Source of the DNA: Vicugna vicugna
Lineage: Eukaryota
DNA: 64,000 bases
Assembly: GCA_013265495.1 (NCBI GenBank)
Contig: MU061560.1
Span: 682,001-746,000, forward strand
Direction of reading: 5' to 3'
Part shown: positions 1 to 13,874 of the stretch, piece by piece
Position numbering within the stretch: the stretch's first letter is position 1
Layout of the letters: every line of letters starts with the position of its first letter
Notes under the pieces: generated by a model
What the model saw: the letters and a program-made list of their open reading frames with translations, nothing else
What the model was told of the DNA's origin: nothing
The model's database searches: none
Position numbers and translations under genes: made by a program

Positions 1-399
1 GCCTAGTTTAATTGAGCATCATTTTTTTCATCTTCATTATTCTCCTTGAAATCATAATGCAGTTCCCAGCTCTCTCATCATTCTTTAACCATAAATTTTC
101 ATGGACTTTGTCCTAAATGCAGTGCAACAGCCACACTGGAAACCCTTGCTCTTTCACCTGCTGCATTTGAAAGAACAGTTGTCTCATAGGCCAGGTGATG
201 AAGTCAATTTGCTCAAAAATATTGAATTCTTATTTTCTTTGAGTGTTCCTACATCGGGCAGGCAATGTTGGTTGACTATCCTGCAGCCTCCCTTTTCCTT
301 GCTCAATAGAATGGAATACATAACTTTGCTCAAGTATTCACCACCCGTGAGTCTCCAGGAAGGTAGCCTCAGCCTTGGGTGAAATATGATTGGTTTAAG

Positions 400-830
400 A
401 AAGGACTAGTAGTTTCATTTTTCTCACCAGGAGTTGATTTAGGAATGGATGTGTGATGTAATTCTGGGCAATATGAAATGAGAGCTGTCTGATGGAGGCT
501 TCTGGTAAAATTTTCTTTAATGAACAAAAAGGAGGTAAGAAAGGAGTGTTACTCTTCTGGTCTTTGGATATGGCTCTGTAAAGATGGGATGTTTGGAGCT
601 GCTGCAACCATTTTGTCAACATGAAGAAATCAAAACCTAACATAGTGAGGATGGTAGAGCAGGAAGATGAAAGGAATCTGGGTTCTTGATGACTTCAGTG
701 AACTGCTAAAATAACCAAACCTGAGCCTACACTTTTTGTGTTACATGAGATAAAAACATTTATGGCATAAGACATTTTGAGTTAAACATTTTTGCTATTC
801 AAATACAAATGAAGCATCTTAAGTGATAAT
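400..830 (+). mobile_element. MaLR solo LTR (MLT1J-like)
   Basis: Recalled MLT1 motifs ggagctgctgcaaccattttg, gaggatggtagagcaggaagatgaaaggaatctgggttcttgatgac. Confidence 0.7.
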
Positions 831-1104
831 CTGTAACAGGAGAAATAGAAAATGAGATGAGGAAATGGGTCATTTTAGGTATGAGTCACTAAAAGTAGGA
901 ATATGTTAATATGCTACTTAACATGTCCAAATATAATTCTTTATAAAGCTGTTTTGACAATACCCACTAAAATAGATTACTTATATATTTTTTAAAATTA
1001 GGAACTGCAAAAATCTCTAATTAGAGCAAGGGGTAAAAGAAACAAACTGAGGAAAATAAATTTTGCCAATTTTCTAAATATTGGAATTTTCATGGACTTT
1101 AAAA

Positions 1105-1228
1105 AAAATTGTAGTCAGTTACAATGAGTCAATTTCTGGTATAGAGCATGATGTTCCAGTCATTCATGTATATATATATATATACTTTTTCATATTCTTT
1201 TTCATTAAAGGTGATTGCAAGATATTCA
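1105..1228 (-). mobile_element. Truncated L1 3' end (lineage-specific)
   Basis: Reverse complement of the L1 tail at 56640-56770. Confidence 0.75.
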
Positions 1229-2343
1229 TACCTTCCTATCAGAGGACTTAACTCCTTCTGGCTAAAAATGAAGGTATCGTCTCAATAATTCTTTGCTTCT
1301 CACTCTAACATTTCTTTATGAGAGATCTTTCTCTATTCCAGAAGACCTGGGTGGGTCCAGAGTGCCTTAACCGTCACCTGGAACTCTTCATTTCCCAGGT
1401 GAAGCAAAGGGCGCTGTGAACTGTGAAAATGTCACAGGGAAGTCAGTTTCATGATCTGTGAGTGGCTCCTCAGAAAGGTGCATCTCATTGGTCCTCAGTT
1501 CCAGGAGTAAATGCTCAATACATGTAGGCTGAAAGACATCCTAACTGAAAATGGAGATCCCTAGCTTCCTAAAGCACGAAAACATCCAAAAAACTCACTG
1601 TTACTGGGAGGAACATCCTGCTACGGTTCTAAGAAAATCTGCAACGGTTTGGGCTTGATTTTTATTCCTTGACAGAGGTATTGCGTTAGCAGCTTACAGG
1701 CGAAACGCAGGCTTCCGAGAGATTTAACTGTCTCTTGAAGCGAGACTTATGAGGAAGTCTGCTCAGCCAGAGATAGGAATGTCTGTCGCTGCCTCGGTCT
1801 GCTTTTCCGGGCTAGTATGTACCTCCGGAGTCATTTTCTTGTTCACAGATCAGCGGCACTCCGGATGGGAATGAGATAAAATGTTCAGGGACTAGTCTTC
1901 AATCTATTGAAACTGCTGGTTTGCGGATTTCACTAAACCAGGATTAAGCTAGGTATGGTTTACTACTTCCAGGTGTGGTTTACTGGTCCAGGCGATGAGC
2001 TGGGCTAGACCGTGAACAAGATAAATAACTTTTGCCCTCTTGCCTGTGGCTTAGATCATGGCTGGTCACAGTGTTTACAACAGAAGCACAGCTTCAAGAG
2101 TCATTTAAGAAAAAAGGGGTTTACTGATTCATACAAAAGGTTTGTGACATGCAACATACTCTACCCCGCCCTGTAATCCGGATCCTTTCAATTTTTGTGT
2201 AACTCAGCCCCTCTCAAACTTATTGAAGTATGTGATACTTCTTTTCACATAACGCTTATAAATACCCCCAAAGAACAGACATGCAGAATTACTTGTCTGG
2301 GCCACGTTTATTTTCATTTCTACCGGCCGTCTGAGGGATGGGT

Positions 2344-2345
<2 letters not shown>

Positions 2346-2375
<30 letters not shown>
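2346..2375. repeat. (TG)n microsatellite
   Basis: Direct reading. Confidence 0.95.
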
Positions 2376-2380
<5 letters not shown>

Positions 2381-2489
2381 GGGTGGCTGGGGGAAGGCTG
2401 GGGGTTTTAACTACACCACTCATATCTGAAAAGAGATGGATTAAAAAAAGAAAAGCTTTGTCCCCCAAACCAGGGAACTCCAAACAACT

Positions 2490-2720
2490 TTAGTTAGCAT
2501 TTAACGAGTACATACTGCACACTGCTTTAAGTGCTTTGTAATTATGAAAACACTCAATCCTCAAAACAATCCAATGAGGTAACCACTACTACCATTCACA
2601 TACAACAGATAAGGAAAGTCGAGGCTCAGAGAAATGAAGAAACTTACCCCCGCTCGAAAGTGAGGCAGTCACGACTGAGTTTAGGCTGGCTGGTTCTAGA
2701 ATCAGTCCTCTTAACCATTA
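2490..2720 (-). mobile_element. MIR SINE
   Basis: acagataaggaaagtcgaggctcagagaaatgaagaaacttaccc core. Confidence 0.75.
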
Positions 2721-2921
2721 TGTCGGACTGTCTTCTTAACTCGCCAGAGAGCCCCACATCTCCCCAGATGGAGACATCAGTCTTTCATCCGTGGTTCCCA
2801 GGGAAGCCCCCATGAGAAACCATCCCAGCTGGGTTCATTTGGCCCTTCTAGCTATGTAACTTTGGGATGCGACTGAACCTTTCTCTGTTTCTGGTTATTT
2901 TCATGTGTAAAATGTAAATGT

Positions 2922-3395
2922 AAATCAACAGATGACTGGGTAAAGAAGATGTGGTGTATACACACCCACACCCACACCCACACACGGAATACTACTCAGC
3001 CATAAAAAAGAATAAAATAATGCCATTTGCAGCAACATGGATGGAGCTGGAGTTCATCACTCTAAGCGAAGCCAGAAAGAGAAAGAAAAATACCGTATCA
3101 CTTATATGTGGAATCTGAGAGAAAAAAAAGGAAACGAATGAACTTATCTACAAAAGAGAAACAGACTCATAGACATAAAGAAGAAACTTATGGTTGCCAG
3201 GGGATAAAAGGAGTGGGAAGGGATAAATTGGGAATTTGAAAATTGCACCTCCTGGGGAGTGATGGAAATGTTAGATATCTTCAGTGTGGTGGTGGTTTCA
3301 TGGGTGTGTACATCTATCAAAATCCATCAGATTGTCCACCTGAAATATGTGCAGTTTACTGTGCAGGAAGCATGCCACAATAAGGTGTTAAAGAA
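2922..3395 (+). mobile_element. L1 3' UTR fragment abutting an older L1M 3' end
   Basis: 2922-3245 resembles 56270-56575; 3255-3395 resembles 52930-53050. Confidence 0.75.
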
Positions 3396-4919
3396 GAAAA
3401 AGGTGTTACTTCATGAAAAGGCTGGGAGAAGTGGTCAGTAGATGCGCACTCTTGTTCAGTCAAAGCCAGTCCCACAAGCCTCCACCTACCGACCCTGGTC
3501 TGTGCTCCACGGTCAGAGGGAGACTGTGAGGGCTTCTGTACCGTGGGTTTTTCAGATACTTAATGACCGGTAACACAACACCCTTCTTCCAGGCTGAATA
3601 TTGCTGGGTTCTTACCTGTGTCTCCCAGACAGCTTTCGAGTACCTTCCCTTATCATACTGTCAACAACTCCCGTGCCAGCGTGTGGCATTTTGGTCTCTT
3701 TCCTGAACAGATCATTAACAAGGGAGTTTTCCTTTTGATTACAGTCCTTACAAGATTGAAGTTTATTTCGAAAGAGATGAAACCCTCAGTGGCACTACGT
3801 GTAAAATGTTAAACCTAAAGCAGAATTTTCTTTTGAAGAGCTTGCTTCCTTTCTAATCCGTTTCCCCTCCCACAATAAAATGCAACCATTACTGAGTCTC
3901 AAGATGCACCAGTTACGGGGTCATGCTGGGCATTAGTTGAATGAATGATTGCGTAATTTTCTTCTCTGTCACTTTAATAAGAACTGAATCTTTTCTGCTG
4001 CAGGAAGACACTTGAAAGAGGACCTGACCAGATGCCCCCTAAATTCCCTCCTAATCCTTAGATTCTGCAGTTCTGTTCAAAGTACACATGTACTCAAGTC
4101 CTCCTCACTTCAATGCAAGGTCTGCATTATGTATCTTATTTAGAGGGAATTTCATGTATAACTGTAGCATGTAAGTTATATATATACACACATACTTAAG
4201 AATATACATTTCCCCCCCATTTCCTTCTTTCTCCTAAGGAATTGCTTCTTCATAAGACGATTAAAGTGCTTTTAAAGTGGTTTATTTACTCATGCTGCTG
4301 CTTTGCCCCTTTGACACGTTAATCTCCCTTCTATCTTGTCAGATAACCTTTTGGTTATTTCCATCAAGTATAAACAAATGTTTCCAGTTGACAGAAACCC
4401 AGGACAGCAGCCTCTCATATTCCAGAAAACCATCAAGAATTCTTCACAAGGCAGCAAGCCCTTTAGGACTCTCAGCTCAAATAAACGCAAGGGCCCAGCC
4501 GAGCCTGCCTGTTCCTCTGATGAATGTCCAGTCTGGGACACGGAAAAGAAGAAAAGCTTGTGTACGGACCTATGATCAAAACTGACATTCAGTCACCTAA
4601 GGACCTCCCTCAGAAGCACTCAGGTTTTTGTAAACAGAGTGGACAGAGCAGGACACAGGGATCAAAGCCCATCTTTTCACGGTCACAGAGCCACTCAATT
4701 TACCAAAATGTGACCAGAGCTAACTTACTCGCATGTCCCTCCATTTTCACGTGGGTCAGTGGCTAGCTGGCCCCATCTTTCTCACAGGAAGTGCTTCTTG
4801 GTAAAGGATTTAGGACTCATTAGGGAACAAACATAAGCAGCTACAAAGTATTAAACTCAGGAATTAAAGTTGAAATTTAAAAGGTCAAAGCCTCAAATGT
4901 CATGTCCCTCATACCACAT

Positions 4920-5000
4920 AAACCAAGATACATAAATAAACCAAAATGTACACAGATCCCAATGCAGGCAGTGTTATTTTTGCCTTATTTTGTGTTTAAT
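4920..5000 (-). terminator. Candidate distal polyadenylation site (ATTAAA plus downstream GU/U-rich element)
   Basis: Plus-strand tttaat at 4995-5000; minus strand then reads tgtgtacattttggtttatttatgtatcttggttt. Confidence 0.5.
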
Positions 5001-6580
5001 ATTATTGAAGGCTCTACTAATGCCTTAAAAACACAGAAACTTTTTGAATATACATTAATTACTTGGAGGAATAAATAGACTCCAAATGCTTATCAGACTC
5101 TGAAAAAAGATAAATTTCTCTCTTCACTATTTTAAAAATTTGTATTTAAATAATTTCATTTTAAATTAGGTTTTCTTCATCGAACTTTTAAAATTGAAAA
5201 AATTTTAAGTTCTAAACATAATAAAGACTTAAGTACACATTCAAATTGAAAGTGGCAATTTATTTCTTATACTTTTTTTTGCCAAAAGGAGCTGAAGGAT
5301 TTTTTTTCCTTCTGACTTTCTGTAACAAACATTGTTAGATTTTTTTTTTAAAAAGCAAAACATAACAAATTATAGTTAAGAAGACTAATTCTATCTGAAT
5401 GCTATTAATCACAGCCCAGTTAAAGTAACACTTAATTTAGAGTCCTTTCAATAGGTGATGCTGTCAACTTTTAAACGTGACTATTTCTCACATCATTTCT
5501 GGGTGGGCTGGACACATTCTTCCCCAGCGTAACTTCATTTTTCTTCTCGAGCACTTCCTTGACTTAAAATAATGGCTTGAGCAAGGTCATACGAGACTTA
5601 GTGGTTCTGTATTACTTTTAAACGTTGGGCAATGGAGGGCTGGTTGATAATGTAACTCATTAAAAGGAGCTGTGTTTTCAGGGCCCTGGCTGGTCCAGCA
5701 GTGTGAGAGGCCCGGGTTCCCTTTGTAGCCAATCCAGGGAACAAATTACACTGAACGGTAGTGTCAGAAGAGACTTGCATTTAATGGTGGTGTTAAATAG
5801 TTGAAATAATTTCTTGAGCAAAAATCCCACTTATTCAGAATTTAGAGGGAACACCGAATTCCACAACCATAGTTGCCTTTCTCTGTGGAAAAGATTTTTA
5901 CATTTGCAACGATCACTTCCTTTCAATTTCTTTTTCTTACAGTCATGCGTGCTCTGTGATCTAAATTTCTTAAGTTCATTGAAAATCAGAGAAAAAAAAA
6001 TCAAGAGGATAAAAACAAGCACAAAATAAACAAACAAATGATTTTGCCATTTAAATTTTCTTCCAGATAAACTCAACAAATATTATCTCATTTCCATTTT
6101 TCTGTTTTCGACACTGCAGAACAACACACTCATGGCTCAATGGTGAAACAACATGCATGTGAGTGACACAACATGGAAACCAGAACAGGAAAACAGATGT
6201 AGATCAGACTTTAAAAAAAACCCTAGTCATACAACAGCTTCTTCCCTTATTTATTTTGTCAATGTCCATTCCACGTGAATTCACATTTTGGTTCCAGGAC
6301 GCCATGCACCGTCAGCCCTGATGACAAAGACCACTATTTGCAGAGGGTGAAACCGAGCCTGGGTCTACTGGTGGCAAACCTGCAAAAGTCTTCTGGAAGA
6401 CTTAATAAATTATATTCTGATCATTTGTTTTCTGGATCCTGGGGGCCATGGGAATAGAAAAAGATACAAACAGGGCATGCTTTCTTGCGGTTCACTGGGC
6501 GGGGAAGTAGAAAAATAGGTGTTTTCCTTCGGGGCTTTTTGGTGACCAAGAATAGGGAGGCTCTACGTTCTCCACTTTCC
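4975..6580 (-). other. PKP2: Probable PKP2 3' UTR (~1.6 kb)
   Basis: AU-rich, largely repeat-free sequence after the stop; end inferred from ATTAAA at 5000-4995 followed by a GU/U-rich tract. Confidence 0.6.
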
Positions 6581-6679
<99 letters not shown>

Positions 6680-6777
6680 TTAACATTTTTCAGACAAGAA
6701 AACGCAGTTTGTAGTGAGTTCTCACCAGGGCCCAGTCAAGCAGGGCATTATCACCTGGCTCTTTCCAGCATCCTTAC

Positions 6778-6865
6778 CTTCTTGTAGGCGCTGTGCAGCT
6801 CTGCGTGCGACCACAGGGAATACAGGAGAACAGAGGCTGCTTTACTTGCTTTGTTGGAGGCAGAG
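6778..6865 (-). CDS. PKP2: PKP2 exon 13 (88 nt): [29 protein letters not shown]
   Basis: Acceptor gtttcag|, donor |gtaagg. Confidence 0.96.
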
Positions 6866-9331
6866 CTGAAACGAAGAAACGGACATTTTTCTGAGATGAG
6901 GGAGAATGTAGGAGGGTTCTCCACGCTGCCTTTGGACAGTCTGGAAATCTTTAACTGCTGTCGCTCAGTAGCCATTCATTAAGTCAGGCCACTCATCACG
7001 GTGAGCCTCGGGAGGCCAAGGGCCACGTGGGTGTTTGTTTTTGTTTTTGTTTTTAAATCTTTTTAAACCACTAGCAAAGGGCTAACAAACAAATAGTTTA
7101 TAGAGCAAATTCCGGGTATTTATAAGGAATACATTCTTAAGACTTTTACAAATCCTTGGATTTATTTATAGAATACAATTTTTAAAAATATATTTATATT
7201 ATATATTTGTAGAATGTAAATATATTTGTATACTTATAATGCACATTTTAAATACAAACATATGAAAAGTATGACTTAAAAATATATACACCTCTTAAGA
7301 CTTAGTGACTCCATGAAAGGAGTAATGTAGCTTTTTCAAATTAATAATAATAAATAGAAAATAATAATAAAATAAATAAAGAATAATAAAATAAATTCTT
7401 GCTGGAGTATTTGGTAAAGCAGTTTCAAAATTTCTTTGTTTTTGGAGAGAGCAGATGAAAAATGTGTTCCCGTTACAAATCCAAGTCACCGCTGACATGA
7501 GACTGTACTGAGTTCCTGACGTTCTGCTTTGAAGTTTGTCTTAAACTTCCTGTTTCTGGCTAAGGATCAGTGCGTTCTGACATCTCTTTCTCTTCCATCA
7601 CTTGAATTAACACTTGGCTGAATTTTTGCTTTTAACAGAGAAACAAAGATTTTATTTTTCCTGTCCTAGGAGCTGGTAAGGACGCAACCAAGAACAGAGC
7701 GCGCGAGCTGCGGAGCAGCTTCGTACCCAGGCTGGGCTCGCTCATCAGCCGAAAGACCTTCTCGTCCAGGCCAGCCTTACAGGGCAGGCAAGCCAAACCT
7801 GCACTTTACAGAGTTCCTTTTAGGACCCGAGGGACTTTCCGGAGTCACTAATAACTGAAGTACCGATAAGTCCATGAAAGTTATGGATCTCTAGTATTTA
7901 AAATTGGAAAAAGCTCTTAAATTGTGAGGGAGGTGTGGTCGTAAAGTCTGTTCGTAGATTGGTTGCTTGGCAGAGGAACTCATTTATTCAAAGATGAAAT
8001 GTAAACAGTGCTTGGTCGTCAGGCTGGCCCACAAACTATGGGTTAGGATGCCACACTCTAGCAAGGAAGGGGCGGCAGTGCGCACATTTGGTAGAAGTTC
8101 CTTGTTAATTTTTGGGGGGGGGGGGCGGACAAGGCCCGTGAGGACTGGCTCACAAGTGGACACTCAGTACAACAAAGAAGTAACAGCAGAGCACACTCCC
8201 ATATTTCGCTAAGCCACAAGAAGTTTCCAAAAGGGATGGTATGTTCCCATGTGCTTATGATGTCTGAAAACTCAAATAATTAAAGTCATCTTGTCTTATG
8301 AAGGTCTGCTGAGAAGTTGGGATGACTACTGAGAACTGCCATTTCTGCTCTGCACCACTGATGCATTCTTTCCACAAGGGCTGAGCAACTGCTGTCGGGG
8401 AACAGGTAACGGCCTCCCTGCTCTGGGGAAACCGCCATTCTGACCTAGGTCTCCTTTTAATCGTGTGACACTGCATGCGGCTTTCCTTCCCCGTGCGCTT
8501 TGCCAGAGGGGGACTGCAGAGCACAAGGGGCCCAGACAGGCTGGGGCTGTGGGGGCGGGGCCGTGTGTCCATGCCAGGATGCCACAGGCTCCCCCGCTAG
8601 CTCTGTGCAGCCAAGCACACATTTGTCCCCTACAGGTGATGTCTGTTTGCTTTGCAAATCATTAGAACTGGGCTATAATAACATTTCTTTTCTTAGGATC
8701 CCATCACTTTAAATAACTAATAGTGATAATTCGGTTACACAATGTTTTTCATTCTCTTTCCCATCCCCCCCCTTTTTTAAATGGGAATATTTTGAAGACA
8801 GAGACAGGGATGTAGGATGACTTACATGCATTAAGCCTTCTATTCTCAAAAGAGAATAAGAGACGGAAGAGACATGACAGGGAAAAATGAGAAAGCAAGA
8901 ATTTCTTCCTGTGCTGCCTCCTACTTCTTGTGCCATCACTTGGGGTGACACTGGCTTCACTGGTTAAGTGAAGAGGGCATTCCGTCCACAGGACTCCAAT
9001 TTGCCTACATTAATCTCTTCTTAAGTCACAGCTGTGGCTCTGGGAGATAATTCAGCAGGTCAATAAAATGCTGGACTGCACCACTCAGGGAAGCTATGGC
9101 GTTCGACTACTTCTATATTGTAGAAGAGAATGAGCACCTATTTGGCTTGGAGGATTCAGTTTTTCACTTGCCTGATTCCCTACGGACCGGCCCCGCTCTA
9201 CAGTCTTATTTTTGGCGGTGCTGCCTCACGGCACCGGATGACGGGACATTCACAACCCCGTTACTTACATCTGGGAGTGGTGGGTGGGTGGGATGGGGAG
9301 ACAACCGACAGGCAGATGCTAAAGGACTTAC

Positions 9332-9521
9332 ATGTCACCTGCGCTTATGGTCATAATTTTCTGCAGGCCCCCAGTGTTTAGAAGATCCCGTGCATTCTGG
9401 TAGCTGTTCTGGATTACATTGTTCAATGTGTAACAGGCAGAGGCTGTAGTTTCAATGAGAAGGTCAGTACTTGGGACTGTGTCGGGAATTATGGAAACCA
9501 AATCAGGCAGCGTTTCTTTGG
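9332..9521 (-). CDS. PKP2: PKP2 exon 12 (190 nt): [63 protein letters not shown]
   Basis: Not in the ORF track; translated manually; acceptor tttgtag|, donor |gtaagt; phases fit neighbouring exons. Confidence 0.96.
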
Positions 9522-10869
9522 CTACAAAGTGAAAGAAAAAAAGAATCCTTGATTAAAAAGATTGTTCCTTAATCTCAAGATCCCAGTAACATTTTGGGTA
9601 CAGAACATTTAAGAAGAAACATTTGGTTAACAAACATATGGAAAGATACAACCTCTCAAATCCTCAAATTAAAAAAATTGATTTTTAAAAAGATGGTTCT
9701 CTGTGCTCCGTGCACTGGAAGTCTTTGCAGAAAGCAATTTGATAGCAATGTCAAAAATTTTTTTTAAATTTTCACATTCTTTGATTCAGTATTCCCACTT
9801 CTGAGGATTTATCCTAAAGACATCGCTTTAAAAATGGAAAAAGCAGAGATCTTTATTATAGTATTATACGTAAATGAAAAACTATAAAAAGCTTAAACAT
9901 CCCAACAGAAATATGATTAACCATAAAACATCTGCCAAGAATATTGTGCCTCCCCAAACATATCTATGAACCATGTATAATAATAAGAAAAATATGTGTT
10001 AATATTCTATGTGAAAAAGATCAGTGTGCTTATTTATATGAAGAATACATATTATTGTAACATTAGGGAAAAAATACACACAAGAAACCTGAGAAGAAAT
10101 ATGCTAAAATATTAATAGGACTTGTTTTCTGACAACAATGCTGATGGCAACCTAAAAGTAATTTTTAAAAATTACCTGTACTGTCGAAAGTTTCTTTAAT
10201 GCAAAAATAACACTATTAGTAAAAAAGAGAAAGAAACTACTTAAAATCTATTTTTTCACTATGTCTTTAAGTTCTGGGTTATAGGGTTTTGGTTTACCTT
10301 TTTCTGTAGTAACAAGAGAGATATTAATATTTGATGATTATATTATAACCTGTCCTATAGTACACATGTTGGGCAATACGAATTTGCACTTGCTATTTTG
10401 CCAAAATTCGTCTCACGTACGTTTTCTTTTTTTTGTCCCTCTACTTTGGACTCTCCTTGAAAGACACAGAACTTGCCTCTGTGGTTCCTCATAGCTCTTT
10501 ATTTCAGTGCTGTGTTTATCATGGTCGTACAGTTACGTCTGCCTAATTTTGTTGTTTCTTCATCTGAGTTCATGTGGCACCTTGAACTGCGCTGCTCTGA
10601 CGTGTGCCTGTCTGAATTCCAAACGGGGCTGTGGGCTCCTTGAGGACAATTACTGCATTTGTTTCTGGCTCTCTGGCCGCGATCACTAAGCCTAGGACAG
10701 AGAGGTACTCAACAAAACAAACAGAGCCATATGCCCTCCTCTGGCAACACCTGGGTCTGACGGACAGGAAAGACCTGCTCAAAGGCCTGCACGCTTCCTT
10801 TTTTCCTGTCGTCTAAGCACCCCAGCATCGTGTTAGCTCGGAGCTCAGTCTCTGAAGATACACTTTTTT

Positions 10870-11075
10870 GGTTTTAGTCCTGTCTGCCACTTAACGGCTG
10901 TGCTATCTGGGCAAGCTACTGAACCTCTTCATGCTACATTTTCCCAATCTGTAAAATGGGATAATAACAGTATTTACTCCACAGGCTTGTTTTGAGGCAT
11001 TAAATGAGTCACCATGTGCTGGCTGCACCACAGTGCCCAGCACACGGGAAGTTCTCCATAGACGTGAGTTATTAT
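10870..11075 (+). mobile_element. MIR SINE
   Basis: ctgggcaagctactgaacctct...ctgtaaaatgggataataacagta. Confidence 0.75.
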
Positions 11076-11498
11076 CAGAAGGCTTCCTCCTTTTAACAAG
11101 GTAGACCACAGAATGAAAGGCCTTGAGAACTGAGTTTTCCTGTCGCTGAATTTAGGTCAACAGCAAGAAAACAATGTGAGACAATCACAACAGAAAACGC
11201 TCAGTCCATCTCCCTGCAGGGCGCAGCGATGGCTGGCGGAGGCCCAGGTGGCCCACCCTGAGAACCCTCTCTGCTGAGAGACGGTCCCATGTCCCCTCCC
11301 TCTGCACAACCAACAAGAATGTCCATTTCTACACACCAAGTTTAAGGCTGAAACTCGGGGTTATGTCTGAGGAGGAGTGAGAGTTACAGAGTGAGAGTTT
11401 TTAACACTTTATGCCTGTTTTTTGTAGAACAATAGTGTAAGTGTTTACATCAACAAAATTAAATACTGCAATGTGGTAAGGGAGGGTAATTCAGCCTC

Positions 11499-11502
11499 TG
11501 CG

Positions 11503-11556
<54 letters not shown>
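11499..11556. repeat. (CG)n(CA)n alternating purine-pyrimidine microsatellite
   Basis: Direct reading. Confidence 0.95.
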
Positions 11557-11557
<1 letters not shown>

Positions 11558-11700
11558 GACAGGAACTTTGAACTCCAATTATGTATTTGACATAAAGCCA
11601 ACCTGGGACTGAAAAAATTGCATTTATCTTGTCACTTCTCTTCTACTACTGTCTCTTCTCACTACTGTCTTTAAAATGAGGGGAGGTTTATCAGTGAAAC

Positions 11701-12294
11701 TGAAGGAGGAATCATAAAATGGCTGCACTTAGGCTAACAGACGGCTTATTCTTGCGCTCGCCCTTAGAGCGGTCAACAAACCGGACCGACCGGTCGCTAC
11801 CCACAGCTCCAGGCGCATTGTTAAAACTGTATCTATTGATCTGACTGTTTCTACTTTACTCCAGTAATTGAAAGTAATAATCATGCTTGGTCTCTGAGTC
11901 GTTCTCCAGGGAGAAGGTCACAGGATTGTCACCTTACAAAATAGCATGAATTGCCAAGAAGACCATGCCTTGGGTGCTTACGAGATAAAGAGGTGGAAAG
12001 AGCGACAAACACTAGCCTCTACAGGCCTGGTCCCCTGGAGGCATCATGACGCCTCTCTGAGTCTTCTGATGGGAAAACGATTCTGTTGATTGTTATCGAT
12101 GCTTTATTGCTTGAGCTGTGGCCTATAACCACCCCACGCCATCCCCAGAGGGCTTCACAGTTTTGAAGGCACCACCCTGCTGGGAGTCCCCTTTGCCCGG
12201 CAAAGTAATAAAGCTGCCTCTTTTCTTCAAAGCTCCAAGACCCGGTCTCTGAGTTATTTGGCTCCTCCGGAATGGGGCCGATCTTTCAGCAACA
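11701..12294 (+). mobile_element. ERV solo LTR
   Basis: TGAAGG...AACA termini, flanks aaac/aaat (imperfect 4-bp TSD), AATAAA 12207-12212, retained CpGs. Confidence 0.7.
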
Positions 12295-12712
12295 AAATCA
12301 TCTTACGTAAATTGTGGGGCTACCGCTGCACTGTCCCAGCAGGTGGAGGGCTGCAGAGCCTGACAAGAGCATTTCCGCCCCGAGGGCACAGGCTGTAAGC
12401 AGCGCTCACTTCTTTTCTCATCAGCAATGTTTTAAAGATGGAGTCAACACTTCATTTGAAGGAAAAAAAAGCCAAAGGATAACAGACCTGAAGCGCAGCA
12501 CAAAGGTCCGGAAAGACAATGAGGGGAGCACTTTCCTAATTTTGAGACCGCCTGTGGCAAGGTTTCTTTCAGACTCACTGAAAACTTTCCAGGCCCTCTG
12601 TATTTACAATGGGCTCAAAACCACTGTATGACACCACCTGTTCAATGCCGTGCTGCTGGCTGTCTTTGGAAATGGCTTTATTAAAACACAAGCACAGACT
12701 TCTGGTACTGGG

Positions 12713-12747
<35 letters not shown>

Positions 12748-12748
12748 T
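12713..12748. repeat. (TG)n microsatellite, interrupted
   Basis: Direct reading. Confidence 0.9.
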
Positions 12749-12994
12749 CTATCCCAAAATAATCCAATCGTTAAAAAAGTTGTTATCAGAATTTTGTGAA
12801 AAACTGAATTTTAAGTTGTCAGAAATGACTAATTTATGAAGCATTAGGAAGCATGATTATTTTTAGCATTAGCTTTCTATCTGATCTCATTTTATAGTTT
12901 TTGATTTAATTCACATTCATAAATAAAATGAATGAAAATTTGTATTATTTGATAGTGTAACATAGTTATCATCTCTGTCTATAATACAGACTTC

Positions 12995-13172
12995 ACAGCA
13001 TGGGGAACTATATTCGATATCTTACAGTAGCTCATGGTGAAAAAGAGTATCAAAAAAATGTATGTTCATGTATGACTGAAGCACTGTGCTGGACACCAGA
13101 AACTGACACAACATTGTAAACTGACTATACTTCAATAAAAAATAAATTAATTAATTTAAAAAAGAAAAAAAG
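12995..13172 (+). mobile_element. Truncated L1 3' end with A-tail
   Basis: Matches 56625-56770; flanked by atacagacttc repeats (TSD). Confidence 0.85.
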
Positions 13173-13720
13173 TCATACAGACTTCCAAAAGAGGAAGCAA
13201 ATATTTATTCCAAAACCATCTATGTCAAATCTGCTCCATGCAGTGGTTCCTTCTTGTGATTCTCTGTCCATCCATTTTTTCCCTAGTACAATGGCCAGGC
13301 TTCTGAAGTGAACACCTACTGTGTGTGTGTGTGTTTGTGTGTGTGTTTAATGTTTTAGAAGAGTGGTGCTTACAGCAGGAGATGCAGAGAACATTCTGAA
13401 AGACACAGGTTAAAAAGACTTCACTGGATGGCACACCCGAGGGCTGAAAAATATCAAATATGTCACCTATCTTGTTCATTAATTTCTCTTTGGTAGTAAT
13501 TAAAACAACAACAAAAAAGCTGGATATTAAGAAACATCCTGCTTGAGACCAGCGAGAAAGCCTACCCTTGACGCCTGGGCGCACAAAACCAGTTCTATAT
13601 ACCACATTTTGCTTTTAATTGACACTTTCAGCTCATCATTGTGGAAACAATGCGATAAGGACGTTTTATGGCACTTGTATTTCCAATACGTACACATTAC
13701 AACCAGACACACCGACTCAC

Positions 13721-13874
13721 CAATTTCATTCTGCAGAGAAAGGTTCCGAGACAGATTCCTCAGCAGGGAGACGGCGGTCTTTTTCACACTGGGGTCACCA
13801 ACATGCAGCATCTTCCGTGTGTGATGAAGGCCGTTCTCCTTCTGGACAACTGTCTGCGCCACTGATGCTGGCAT
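13721..13874 (-). CDS. PKP2: PKP2 exon 11 (154 nt): [51 protein letters not shown]
   Basis: Acceptor aaaacag|, donor |gtgagt; SLLRNLS arm motif. Confidence 0.97.

Noticed and set aside
4277..4766. Cluster of overlapping short ORFs just past the PKP2 3' end
   Set aside because: No recognisable domain, splice structure or processed-pseudogene hallmarks
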